DNA of 63,522 nucleotides, counting the filler, from Octopus bimaculoides (taxonomy: Eukaryota): NCBI RefSeq assembly GCF_001194135.2. It is 5 parts of 5 records of this genome, joined end to end, with 100 filler letters (N's around TTAATTAATTAA, not from the genome) between each part and the next. Parts side by side here need not be neighbours in the genome. Positions count along the whole stretch, not along the records: positions 12,482 to 25,730 come from NC_068988.1; 4 more parts are not named here. One strand, 5' to 3'. The translations under genes were made by a program, and so were the position numbers. Shown here piece after piece: positions 12,529-25,515 of the stretch (the stretch's first letter is position 1; each line of letters begins with the position of its first letter). The notes under the pieces were generated by a model. That model did not search any database. It had not been told where the DNA came from and saw only the letters and a program-made list of their open reading frames with translations.

Positions 12529-12911
12529 CAAAATATGGAGGTTTAGTTCACAGGTGATTAGGTACGCTAGGTAAGTGCTCTAACGGATTGCGAAATTGTG
12601 TCGAGGTGTGTATATAACTGTGCAAGTGTGTATTCTGTATAGTATGTATGCATGTATTCACACTTACACAGCTATACATACACATACACCTCGACACAGT
12701 TTCGCGCGCATACAGACAGACAGGTAAATGGATACACGTTTTGATAAAAGAACTCGTGGGTGTATTGCTTTCGACATTTGCCGGCATCCATGCTATTCCT
12801 GGTTTGATTCAGTTGCACAGCGTCTTAAGCATGTGTACACTATAGCCTTGGGGCCACAAATAAACCGTCAGCGGAATTTGACAGACACTCACACACACAC
12901 ACACACACACG

Positions 12912-12971
<60 letters not shown>

Positions 12972-13844
12972 NNNNNNNNNNNNNNNNNNNNNNNNNNNNN
13001 NNNNNNNNNNNNNNNNNNNNNNNNNNNNNNNNNNNNNNNNNNNNNNNNNNNNNNNNNNNNNNNNNNNNNNNNNNNNNNNNNNNNNNNNNNNNNNNNNNNN
13101 NNNNNNNNNNNNNNNNNNNNNNNNNNNNNNNNNNNNNNNNNNNNNNNNNNNNNNNNNNNNNNNNNNNNNNNNNNNNNNNNNNNNNNNNNNNNNNNNNNNN
13201 NNNNNNNNNNNNNNNNNNNNNNNNNNNNNNNNNNNNNNNNNNNNNNNNNNNNNNNNNNNNNNNNNNNNNNNNNNNNNNNNNNNNNNNNNNNNNNNNNNNN
13301 NNNNNNNNNNNNNNNNNNNNNNNNNNNNNNNNNNNNNNNNNNNNNNNNNNNNNNNNNNNNNNNNNNNNNNNNNNNNNNNNNNNNNNNNNNNNNNNNNNNN
13401 NNNNNNNNNNNNNNNNNNNNNNNNNNNNNNNNNNNNNNNNNNNNNNNNNNNNNNNNNNNNNNNNNNNNNNNNNNNNNNNNNNNNNNNNNNNNNNNNNNNN
13501 NNNNNNNNNNNNNNNNNNNNNNNNNNNNNNNNNNNNNNNNNNNNNNNNNNNNNNNNNNNNNNNNNNNNNNNNNNNNNNNNNNNNNNNNNNNNNNNNNNNN
13601 NNNNNNNNNNNNNNNNNNNNNNNNNNNNNNNNNNNNNNNNNNNNNNNNNNNNNNNNNNNNNNNNNNNNNNNNNNNNNNNNNNNNNNNNNNNNNNNNNNNN
13701 NNNNNNNNNNNNNNNNNNNNNNNNNNNNNNNNNNNNNNNNNNNNNNNNNNNNNNNNNNNNNNNNNNNNNNNNNNNNNNNNNNNNNNNNNNNNNNNNNNNN
13801 NNNNNNNNTATATATATATATATATGTATATATACATCTGTGTT

Positions 13845-14075
13845 TTTGTGTCTGTGTTTGTCCTCGCCACCCACCCACTACCGATGCTTGACAACTGGTG
13901 TTGGTGTGTTTACACCCCTGTACAATAGCGGTTTGGCAAAAGGTAACCGATAAAATAAGTGCAAGGTTTAAAATAAAACATTACTACTGGGGGCGATTCG
14001 TTCGACTATAAATTCCTCAGGGCAGTACCCCAGCATTGCCACAGTCTAATGACAGAAACAAGTACAAAATAAAAG
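13845..14075 (+). mobile_element. SINE family B, 3' half
   Basis: gtgtctgtgtttgtcc...gcttgacaactggtgttggtgtgtttac...cagcattgccacagtctaatgacagaaacaag. Confidence 0.75.
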
Positions 14076-15559
14076 AGATCGGTGTTACCTCAGATCTGAA
14101 CCGAAATTTATCGAGACTAACACAAAAAATCGCAAAGGCACCAATGTTTTTATTCGATGTTTAAATCTTTAAATTTAAAAACTGCTTCGATTTCAGAATT
14201 TAGCTTTGGAATTATAAGTCAGGAATCGGTTGTTTATAACCGTAATGGGAATAAGTAAGTACTTCTGTAGATATATTTCTTCATGCAAAGTTTGGTAATG
14301 GTTACAAAAATGTAGAATAATTCGATTTGTGAGCGATGATATATTGAGATGTAACGTGGTGTGTGTATGTATGTATGTATGCATGCATGTATATGTGTAT
14401 GTATGCATATATGCATGTATGTATGTATGTGTATGCGTAAGTATGTATGTGTGTACATCATATATATATATATATATATATACACACTCAGAGACACAAA
14501 CACACACAGACATTTGATATATTATTATAAACATGGAGATAAATATATTAAACTTATAAGCACATATATACACAAACATGTATATCTACATGTGTGTGTG
14601 TGTGTGTGTATAATAATATATATATATATATATNNNNNNNNNNNNNNNNNNNNNNNNNNNNNNNNNNNNNNNNNNNNNNNNNNNNNNNNNNNNNNNNNNN
14701 NNNNNNNNNNNNNNNNNNNNNNNNNNNNNNNNNNNNNNNNNNNNNNNNNNNNNNNNNNNNNNNNNNNNNNNNNNNNNNNNNNNNNNNNNNNNNNNNNNNN
14801 NNNNNNNNNNNNNNNNNNNNNNNNNNNNNNNNNNNNNNNNNNNNNNNNNNNNNNNNNNNNNNNNNNNNNNNNNNNNNNNNNNNNNNNNNNNNNNNNNNNN
14901 NNNNNNNNNNNNNNNNNNNNNNNNNNNNNNNNNNNNNNNNNNNNNNNNNNNNNNNNNNNNNNNNNNNNNNNNNNNNNNNNNNNNNNNNNNNNNNNNNNNN
15001 NNNNNNNNNNNNNNNNNNNNNNNNNNNNNNNNNNNNNNNNNNNNNNNNNNNNNNNNNNNNNNNNNNNNNNNNNNNNNNNNNNNNNNNNNNNNNNNNNNNN
15101 NNNNNNNNNNNNNNNNNNNNNNNNNNNNNNNNNNNNNNNNNNNNNNNNNNNNNNNNNNNNNNNNNNNNNNNNNNNNNNNNNNNNNNNNNNNNNNNNNNNN
15201 NNNNNNNNNNNNNNNNNNNNNNNNNNNNNNNNNNNNNNNNNNNNNNNNNNNNNNNNNNNNNNNNNNNNNNNNNNNNNNNNNNNNNNNNNNNNNNNNNNNN
15301 NNNNNNNNNNNNNNNNNNNNNNNNNNNNNNNNNNNNNNNNNNNNNNNNNNNNNNNNNNNNNNNNNNNNNNNNNNNNNNNNNNNNNNNNNNNNNNNNNNNN
15401 NNNNNNNNNNNNNNNNNNNNNNNNNNNNNNNNNNNNNNNNNNNNNNNNNNNNNNNNNNNNNNNNNNNNNNNNATATATTGTGTGTGTGTATGTGTATAGT
15501 TATTTAACTATACCTATATTTTGTTTATATATTATATACACATACATACATACATATAT

Positions 15560-15634
<75 letters not shown>

Positions 15635-17442
15635 CACACATATATAAACACATATACATAGATGTATTTATAAAAATAGTTGGGAAGGCTCCCTTTAGAT
15701 TTAATACATTAACGCCTACTTCACTATAAAACAATGCTAGACTGTTTACACACACACACACACACAAGTATATACACACATTTGTGTGTGTGTGTATATG
15801 TATGTGTATATGTTCATGTATATATTATATAATTGCGCGTCTATTCATGCAAAATCATGGAAGCTGTGTTAGCATGGCTGTATTGTATGTGTCGAAATGT
15901 GTATTTAGCACATACACGTCTGCCTCTGTGATACATGTAATATGTTTGTACGCGTGTGTCTATACAATATTGTGCATATACGTATCTTCTTATAACTGAA
16001 TGTACTCTGCGTTTATGTGTGTGTGTATATATGTGTGTGTGCTTGTTTACATTTTTCGGTCCATGTTTCACCCTCTTTTCCTGTGTTTGCTCAATTGGTC
16101 GGGCATATTTCAATCATTATTCTGCTATTCGCATTTTAATTAATTCTTCTAATGGCAAGTTCACACAAGAATTTCCTCAAAAATGTCCAACCAAGCCCTT
16201 GGGGGCTGTTATTTCTTGGTCGATTCACAAGAATGTGAACGAACGTTCGCGTAACTGGCTGGTCGGCTTGTCAACATACTTACCGGACCCAAACCCTAAC
16301 CGTTACAAATCATAACCTTAACCCTTCCCACTACGAAAGGAAGCTATGGAATCGATCACAAGAGAGTCAGCTAGATCAGCCGACGTTCACAAGAACGCAT
16401 TTGGCTGCAAGGACCATCTCAGTTTAAATAATTTACAGGAAATACAAGCTAACAGAACAACAAGTATTTCTCAATACCGATCAACTTAACAAGGATTCAT
16501 TATACGTTTGGTGGTGATCTCTTCTTCCTTTTAAGTCAGGTATCCGCCAGTCATTTGTGTGAACCAAAGGTCTGTGATAAACTTACCCAGTCAACACAAA
16601 CATGTAGAAAGAGCCTCAACGTAATAAAATACTAACATATACTCATGTATCGTGTCTTGTAGTCATAAAAAATAAATGACTAAAGGACAGATGGGAAATG
16701 TAGTTCCTAACATACAAAATTGGGTTGAGCACGGTCCAAATGACTCGAAATCTAAGTTGGTTAAGTCATTGCCGATATGACGCTAAACAACAATGACAGA
16801 AACATCAACACTTTGGTACGAACTGGCGAGGAATTTTCTACAGCGAATAATATAGTTCAGGGTTGGCCATATATTAAAAAGAAAAAAATGAAATAAAATT
16901 GGATTATCATGGATATGAATATCTTTGATCAGAAATATACTCACTGACCCCCGCCAAAACAAAAATAACTCCATTTCACCTGTCAAATATTTTAATACGA
17001 GATGCACCAAAATCATACACGCACGCGTGTTTGTATGTTGATAAATTGTACTACGTACGGGATATGTTACATATACCAGCTGTTTATATATATTATATAT
17101 ATACATACATATATACAGCATATATAAATACGTATTTGAGTACGTATATATGCATATTACCTGGATACACTGATAATATACGCTAAGAAATACGCCTATT
17201 AGTATCATCATTCGTATCACATTACTATAATATTATAGTGATAAAGTAAATATCACTTTATTATAATAATATACTTCTTAGTCTGTGTGTTGATATATAC
17301 CTGTGTGTATATTTGTATGTATGTATGTATGTATGCATGTATGTATGTATTGCATATATCTTCCATTATGTTATGTCTTTTCCTGAGATTATTGAGCTTA
17401 TCGTGTGTATATTATATACATTGAAATATATGTTGGATGTAT

Positions 17443-17506
<64 letters not shown>

Positions 17507-17726
17507 GTATACATGTGTATACATATGTGTATATATGTCTGTAATAGACAAAATGTTGCTCAGACACTGGAACTATGTGAAAATAATGTAATCTAATATA
17601 CATGCAAGTTTATATCATAAACGCGCGCGTGCACTCACACACACACACACATACATATATACACATACACATATATGTACGTACATATATACACATACAC
17701 ATATATATACATAGATATACACACAT

Positions 17727-18132
17727 AGGCGTAGGAGTGGCTGTGTGGTAAGTAGCTTGCTTACCGTCCCACTGCGTGGCACCTTGGGCAAGTGTCTTCT
17801 ACTATAGCCTTGGGCCGACCAAAGCCTTGTGAGTGGATCTGGTAGACGGAAACTGTAAGAAGCCCGTCGTATATTTGTATATAGATATATATATGTATGT
17901 GTGTGTATATTTTTGTGTGTCTGTGTTTGTCCCCCCCCAACATTGCTTGACAACCGATGCTGGTGTGTTTACGTCCCCGTAACTTAGCGGTTCGGTAAAA
18001 AATGACGGATAGAATAAGTACTAGGCTTACAAAGAATAAGTCCTGGGGTCGATTTGCTCGACTAAAGGCGGTGCTCCAGCATGGCCGTAGTCTAATGACT
18101 GAAACAAGTAAAAGAGTAAAAGAGTAAAGAGT
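17727..18132 (+). mobile_element. tRNA-headed SINE family B (CORE-like ccttgggcaagtg segment), near full length
   Basis: Head ggcgtaggagtggctgtgtggtaagtagc, caccttgggcaagtgtcttctactatagcc, an internal (TA/TG) tract and an (agtaaaag)n tail. The B-box segment is deleted relative to the 56676 copy. Confidence 0.9.
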
Positions 18133-19312
18133 ATACATATATACATACATATATACATATACATACATATATACATACATATATACATACATATATACAT
18201 ACATATATACATATATATATACATATATATATATACATATACATGTATACATATACATGTATACATACATACTTGTGTGTGTGTCTAATCTGATCATATA
18301 CACACACACACTCACACACACACTCATACATACACACACACACTCATGCACACACACACACACACACGCACACACACGAGCGTGTGCGCCGAGAATATAC
18401 GATTTGGTCCGTTTGAGGTTTTCCATTAAAAAGAAAGAAAGAACAAAAAAATGCTTTGCAGAAACCCTTCCATTATCGGGAATATTAAGCAAGCCTCTTG
18501 AAAGGAAATATCAGAATGCCTCTAAGCATCATCAACCAATCCCTCCTCTTCCTCCTTTTACGATCTCACCATTAAGTTCCCCTCTGCTACTGCTACTACC
18601 ACTCACTACTCGCGTACTCCCTCCACCTCTTTCGTCCCTATCGGATCCCACATCAAGGTTATGATCGAATGAATATCGTTAACACTGGCATCTCTGACCT
18701 ATCTCTTTCGTATTAGAACAAAGGTTTTTTTTTTTTTCCTTTTCGTTGATGATATGGATGTTTGTGTGCCTTGGTGTGTGTGTGTGAGTGTGTGTTTGCT
18801 TGTGTCTGTGTGTTTGTGTGTGTAGTGCGCGGTTGTAGCTTCGATTCCGTTCCGTGACCTCATTACTGATGTCAAAAGACGCCAGCCCTTTCCTAGATAT
18901 CGCGCGCGCGCGAGTGAGTGAGTGACTGTTCATATATGTATGTATATATATATATATAATACAAATAATAAATGAGTATATGCATATATACATACATGTA
19001 TGTCTATACTTACATCTACCTGTATATATAGACGCATATCTGGGTACAGGACATTGTAAACAAAGCGTAGACAAAATGATAAACGAGTACAGAAAACACA
19101 CAGGCCACATAGAGAACATCTCCTATGTATATATATATACGCATAGCTATATGTATATATTAACCCTAGGTTCAAGAAACTTATATATACACTATTCTGC
19201 TTAAATAATGGAATTGCAAATACAGTATCTTTGAATATCTCAATTCTATTTTCACCCCTCCACTTCACTCTGTGTTTCATATTTTCTCTATAATAACTAT
19301 TACTTAAACACC

Positions 19313-19360
19313 GTCTCTGATGAAGGGATATATAAAATATCCCGGAAACAGCTGTAAGAC
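19313..19360 (+). ncRNA. Type I hammerhead ribozyme, Penelope-type minimal variant
   Basis: GTCT-CTGATGA-A-GGGATAT/ATAAA/ATATCCC-G-GAAA-CAG/CTG-TA-AGAC. Stem I is GTCT/AGAC, stem II is 7 bp, stem III is the loopless palindrome ACAGCTGT, and the cleavage triplet is GUA (after 19356). Confidence 0.75.
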
Positions 19361-19424
19361 TTTCTCTTTATAAATGTTCTGAAAACTATTCACAGCCTTG
19401 GATTTTTTATATCATTCTGTTAAT

Positions 19425-19476
<52 letters not shown>

Positions 19477-19599
19477 TAGTTCGCTTGGAGCATTGTTTGT
19501 AAAGAATAAAATGTTTTGAATGGTACAACAATCCACTATTTGTATTATAGTGCATTGTTGTACCATTCGAAACTTTTTTTTATATATATACACATATGT

Positions 19600-19633
<34 letters not shown>

Positions 19634-19644
19634 CAATACATGCT

Positions 19645-19905
19645 GTTGTTGTTGGCACTCCTGCTCGTGAAATTAACGTGCAAGTGGCTGAGCACTCCAC
19701 AGACACGTGTACCCTTAACGTAGTTCTTGGGGATATTCAGCGTGACACAATGTGACAAGGCTGACCCTTTGAAGTACAGGCACAACAGAAACAGGAATTA
19801 AGAGTGAGAGAAAGTTGTGGTGAAAGAGTACAGCAGGGTTCGCCACCATCCCCTGCCGGAGTCTCGTGGAGCTTTAGATGTTTTCGTTCAATAAACACTC
19901 ACAAC
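19645..19905 (-). mobile_element. tRNA-headed SINE family C (head lost in the gap)
   Basis: Reverse complement of the 52325-52696 copy, with an (ACA)n tail and an internal deletion near the 3' end. Confidence 0.85.
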
Positions 19906-20617
19906 NNNNNNNNNNNNNNNNNNNNNNNNNNNNNNNNNNNNNNNNNNNNNNNNNNNNNNNNNNNNNNNNNNNNNNNNNNNNNNNNNNNNNNNNNNNNNNN
20001 NNNNNNNNNNNNNNNNNNNNNNNNNNNNNNNNNNNNNNNNNNNNNNNNNNNNNNNNNNNNNNNNNNNNNNNNNNNNNNNNNNNNNNNNNNNNNNNNNNNN
20101 NNNNNNNNNNNNNNNNNNNNNNNNNNNNNNNNNNNNNNNNNNNNNNNNNNNNNNNNNNNNNNNNNNNNNNNNNNNNNNNNNNNNNNNNNNNNNNNNNNNN
20201 NNNNNNNNNNNNNNNNNNNNNNNNNNNNNNNNNNNNNNNNNNNNNNNNNNNNNNNNNNNNNNNNNNNNNNNNNNNNNNNNNNNNNNNNNNNNNNNNNNNN
20301 NNNNNNNNNNNNNNNNNNNNNNNNNNNNNNNNNNNNNNNNNNNNNNNNNNNNNNNNNNNNNNNNNNNNNNNNNNNNNNNNNNNNNNNNNNNNNNNNNNNN
20401 NNNNNNNNNNNNNNNNNNNNNNNNNNNNNNNNNNNNNNNNNNNNNNNNNNNNNNNNNNNNNNNNNNNNNNNNNNNNNNNNNNNNNNNNNNNNNNNNNNNN
20501 NNNNNNNNNNNNNNNNNNNNNNNNNNNNNNNNNNNNNNNNNNNNNNNNNNNNNNNNNNNNNNNNNNNNNNNNNNNNNNNNNNNNNNNNNNNNNNNNNNNN
20601 NNNNNNNNNNNNNNNNN

Positions 20618-21130
20618 TGAGAACTCAGATTCTAAACTTGGAAGTCCTGATGACCCCGAAAATCACAGAGCTTTATCGAAGACTTGTTCTGTTGAGGGTT
20701 CAGAAGCGAAGTGTATGAGACTGATAGCAGAAAGGGGGAAATGCCCAGTTGTTGTAGTAAGAAACACTTGAGGGCCGTTTGCCTCGAAGAGCTGGAGAAG
20801 CGCAGGAGAAAGGGACGCGCGGGGAAAAACAACGATTTCCATTCTCTAGAGGAGTATTGCGAAGGAAGTGAGCTGGTGCCGGGTTTTACAAGCCAACCAC
20901 CCACAATTCCGTCACCAATAATTCCGTCCTCCTACTGTAGTAAGTAAGAACGTTACCATAGCTTCATGTGAGGGGCGTTTGACTACCTCATGTACCTACA
21001 CCTTAGCACCAATATTCTGAAAAGTCACCCACATAGATTGCACCTCTGATTTGGACCACCAGTATCTGCAGATAAGTTCTGCTCTTTGTGGATCTTTGTG
21101 GAACATGTCTTTTGAGGCCTCTGCTGGATT
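20618..21130 (+). mobile_element. CR1/L2-type LINE RT-core relic
   Basis: LGSPDDPENHRALSKTCSV resembles KG..DP.NYRPISLT, followed by RKGR and GAFDYL (KAFD-like). Frameshifted. Confidence 0.5.
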
Positions 21131-21331
21131 TGTAAACCTTCTGGCATACATATATGTATAGAGTGTTTGAAGTGGTGTACAGATATTGTATATTGAGAAA
21201 AAGGAGGCAGTCAGAATTTTGGATAATCCTTTATTAGCGCTTTCGCTAATAAAGGATTATCAAAATCAAAATTATCCAAAATTCTGATTGCCTCATTTTT
21301 CTCAATATATGGATATATTTATATATGTGTG

Positions 21332-21354
<23 letters not shown>

Positions 21355-21362
<8 letters not shown>

Positions 21363-21608
21363 CTTTGTGTCTGTAGTTGTCCTGTCCACCCCACTGTCGC
21401 GTCCCTTGACAACTGATGTTGGTGTGTTTTTGTCCCGGTAACTTAGCGGTTCGGCAAAAGAGAGCTATAGAATAAGTACTAGGCTTACAAAGTATAAGTC
21501 CCATGGTCGATTTCTTCGACTAAAAAAAAAAAAGAAAGAAAACCTTTATGGCGGTGCTCCAGCATGGCCACAATCATATGACTGAAACAAGGTAAAAGAA
21601 TAAAAGAA
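21355..21608 (+). mobile_element. SINE family B, 3' half
   Basis: aacttagcggttcggcaaaagagagctatagaataagtactaggcttacaaag...ggcggtgctccagcatggcc. Confidence 0.85.
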
Positions 21609-22680
21609 CAACCGACCTTATGAGTGCTGGGACTGAGATAGTAATGTCTTGTGATTGATGATTGATGAGTGATGAGAATGACGTTAACTAAAGCCCCACA
21701 GAACTAGAATTAGTCTGACCACTAAGAGTAAATACCGTCTCCCCGCTGTCGTACCTTGCTCTACTAGCGCTGACCGCGTTTATCATTTTCATCCACATCT
21801 TCATCAAATTTCCCAGATGGTAAGATCCCCTTCCCCTCCCTCTGCATTTTTCAGTTGTTCATAAACGCACAAACCTTCATAAAATTGTGGGAAGGACTCA
21901 ACTGAATCGATTAACAATACTGCAACCTGCCAAATAGAAAACCCAGATTCAAACAGATCCACCGTGCGGTCGAGCAGAATATACCAGATTTTGGGGAAAT
22001 AAAATCACCCGAAGACTTCAGGTTCAATCCCTGCTAAAGGTAGTATTTCGAAACTAGCAGGAGAGTATCTAAGAGTCATATCCTNNNNNNNNNNNNNNNN
22101 NNNNNNNNNNNNNNNNNNNNNNNNNNNNNNNNNNNNNNNNNNNNNNNNNNNNNNNNNNNNNNNNNNNNNNNNNNNNNNNNNNNNNNNNNNNNNNNNNNNN
22201 NNNNNNNNNNNNNNNNNNNNNNNNNNNNNNNNNNNNNNNNNNNNNNNNNNNNNNNNNNNNNNNNNNNNNNNNNNNNNNNNNNNNNNNNNNNNNNNNNNNN
22301 NNNNNNNNNNNNNNNNNNNNNNNNNNNNNNNNNNNNNNNNNNNNNNNNNNNNNNNNNNNNNNNNNNNNNNNNNNNNNNNNNNNNNNNNNNNNNNNNNNNN
22401 NNNNNNNNNNNNNNNNNNNNNNNNNNNNNNNNNNNNNNNNNNNNNNNNNNNAGGGTCCGTTCGTATGTATATAAGTCTACTTTGCAAACAGAAAGACAAA
22501 AATGTGAACATTTTTGCGCACATTTACATAAAAAAATTACAGGGGACAATCCTTGGAAATATGGAAAACAAAAACCGATTTCGGCAGTATTTGAACTCAG
22601 AACGTAAAGGGACGTAAAATGTAACAGTCAACCGAGAATCAAAACCTAATCGGCAGATTCACTTTAGTATGTATTTTTTT

Positions 22681-22828
22681 TTCTTTTCTACTCTAGGCAC
22701 AAGGCCTGAAATTTGGGGGGAGGGGTCAGTCGATTAGATCGACCCCGGTACGCAACTGATACTTAATTTATCGACCTGGAAAGGATGAAAAGCGAAGTCG
22801 ACCTCGGCGGAATTTGAACTCAGAACGC
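22681..22828 (-). mobile_element. SINE family A, 5'-truncated
   Basis: Reverse complement of the family A B-box, core and tail. Confidence 0.8.
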
Positions 22829-22889
22829 TTTAGTATGTTTTTATTACGAATGCTGTATGTATGCAAGTGTATATTTTTCTGTTTATTTT

Positions 22890-23210
22890 GAAGGCATGTG
22901 GTTTAGTGATTAGGGTATACGGCTTGCGATTGTAAGGTCGTGAGTTCGATTCCCGGCAGCGTGTTGTGTCTTTGAGTAAGTCACTTTATTTCACGTTACT
23001 CCAGTTCGTTTAGCTGGCAAAAATGAGTAGTACATGTTTTTCAAAGACCCAGCCTTGTCATAATCTGTGTCACGTTGAATCTCCTTGAGAACTACGTTAA
23101 GGGCACACGTGTCTGTGGAGCGCGCTGCCACTTGCACGTTAATTTCACTAGGTGGCATTTCCGTTGGTCGGATCAACTGGGACCCTCGTTGTCGTAACCG
23201 ACGGAGTGTC
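22890..23210 (+). mobile_element. tRNA-headed SINE sharing the family C 3' domain, with a different head
   Basis: Head gaaggcatgtggtttagtgattagg...gagttcgattcccggc; 3' part cagccttgtca...gagaactacgttaagggcacacgtgtctgtggag...gtcgtaaccgacggagtg. Confidence 0.8.
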
Positions 23211-23364
23211 AGATTTTTTCTCTCTAACCCTAGGTCTTATAAAGCCGCTTACCCGGTTTCCTTGACGTATAAGTGAGCGAGATCACAACATTTGTCTGAA
23301 CAGGACACCGGCCCCGTTGCAGGGTTCAAAGACCGTAGTTTTAAGGGGTCAGTTTTAAGTACTT

Positions 23365-23770
23365 CACTGGTACTTTATTTTATCGATCCTGTACAGATGA
23401 AGAGTAAAGATGACAGCAGCAGGATTTGAACTCAGAACGTAAAATATTCGGAAGAAATGCTGCCAAGCATTTTGTCCGGCGCACCAATGATTCAACCAGC
23501 TCACTAACTTACAAGTGTGCGTAATAAAAGTTTTTAAAATATCGCTTTCAAATTTTGACACAAGGTTAGCAGTTTTGAGGGATTGATTAATCGATTAGAT
23601 CGATCCCAGTGTTCAAGGGGTATTTATTTTACCGACACCGAAAGGAGGAAAGACAGAAGTCGACTTCACCGAAATTTGAACTCAGATCGTGATCGTAAAG
23701 TTAGCAGAAACTCCGGTAAGTGTTTTGCCCGGCGCGCTAACGATTCTGATTCTACGAGTTCGCCGCCTTA
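23365..23770 (-). mobile_element. Two tandem SINE family A copies (~23365-23505 and ~23540-23770)
   Basis: Two reverse-complement heads with atttgaactcag B-boxes. Confidence 0.75.
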
Positions 23771-24525
23771 AGATTTAAAAGTATTGTGAAAGTGTGTATC
23801 TACTTTAAGAAACTGTGTCCGTACGTGTGAATACATGTGTGTGTGCTTATCCGAGTTGTTTACATCAAAAACGACTCGGACTGCGTAGAGTTTATAAGCC
23901 AAGGTGTTCAAGCCGTGAGCACCATTTCATATATTTTAGGGGTAGCTTATGCTGATTCTGGTTTAAGGTGATTTGAGGAATATTTGGCTATTACTTCTAG
24001 CAATTTGAGTGACTATCTATAAGCTCCATCGCTGGCTCTTGTCCTGCGCTTGTTGTTTGTTAGTAGTGTGCTGTGGGAGGCTTGCACGTATCTTCTGTGT
24101 GTGTTGGTGTGTGTATCTATACCTTATCGTTCTTCCATCCCCATCTCTGTCCTTGTCTAGCAGACCTCTTTCTACTGAGCTGGGGCGAAATAACAATGAT
24201 CATATACATTCCTACCGTGACCCTGTCGCCTAGTCTTCCTACGTGAAAGGGGTCCAGTACCGCATTATCTAAGGGCACCGCTTTGATTTTATTTATTTTC
24301 TTTTTTTTTCCCATAATCGTAGGGTTTGATTTGTCATCTAAGGCGCTGCATTGATTTTCGTTTTCGTAAGCGTCAGGTGTGAACTGAGGTGAAGTTTGAC
24401 TGTTAATTTTAGCATGCCAAACGACCACGTAGAGGTTCTCTCGCTTGTTCGCGTACGTGTGAGCGATGTCAGCATACACACGCGCACACATACACTTCTA
24501 CGGAATGCATTTACGGAAGCAACAG

Positions 24526-24564
<39 letters not shown>

Positions 24565-24614
24565 ATATGTCTATGAAACAACAAGCTTCATCATTCATAT
24601 AACGCTACTGTCAG

Positions 24615-24683
24615 GAGAGGCTGTGGATTGTCAGCCGGCATTTGTTCAACATACACAGCTTTCGGTATACGAATTTTAACAAC
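24615..24683 (+). CDS. Weak candidate internal exon (69 nt)
   Basis: gtcag|GAGAGG...TTTAACAAC|gtaagt. Two open frames: ERLWIVSRHLFNIHSFRYTNFNN or RGCGLSAGICSTYTAFGIRILT. The polypyrimidine tract is weak. Confidence 0.25.
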
Positions 24684-25254
24684 GTAAGTTCAATTCCTGG
24701 CTTAATATTATGCAAGTGTTCTAATGTTTTTTTTTTAAATTTTATTTTCATTTTCATAATTTCCATATATACGAGGATATATATATATATATAGATATAT
24801 ATATATGTGAACGCATAGAAACATGTCTCTATTTTCTTTCTGCCGATAAAANNNNNNNNNNNNNNNNNNNNNNNNNNNNNNNNNNNNNNNNNNNNNNNNN
24901 NNNNNNNNNNNNNNNNNNNNNNNNNNNNNNNNNNNNNNNNNNNNNNNNNNNNNNNNNNNNNNNNNNNNNNNNNNNNNNNNNNNNNNNNNNNNNNNNNNNN
25001 NNNNNNNNNNNNNNNNNNNNNNNNNNNNNNNNNNNNNNNNNNNNNNNNNNNNNNNNNNNNNNNNNNNNNNNNNNNNNNNNNNNNNNNNNNNNNNNNNNNN
25101 NNNNNNNNNNNNNNNNNNNNNNNNNNNNNNNNNNNNNNNNNNNNNNNNNNNNNNNNNNNNNNNNNNNNNNNNNNNNNNCCCGCCAAGGTAACCAGGTCGT
25201 ATTTACACACAGAGAAAACATGCCGTTTTGAAGCGAACTTCTCATACGGATACG

Positions 25255-25277
25255 ATGGCTGCTGCTGCTGAGGTTTG
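25255..25277 (+). CDS. Candidate first coding exon MAAAAEV(W/C)
   Basis: acgATGG start context, ATG GCT GCT GCT GCT GAG GTT TG|gtaagg donor, in a small CpG-containing unique segment. Confidence 0.25.
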
Positions 25278-25515
25278 GTAAGGATTCGCGCAATATCCAT
25301 AGCAACATATATAAACATAACACGACGCTTGTTTGTATAGGGGCAAGAATGGCTACATGGCTAGGAAGCTCACGTTGCAATTACGTAGTTTTGGGTTCAA
25401 TCTCCCACAAGAGTTTTTTTATTTTTTATTTTACTATAGTCCTGGGCCGATTAATTAATTCCTTGCGAGTGAATTACGTAGACGGAAACTCTGTTTTTTT
25501 CTTTTTGTGATTGTA

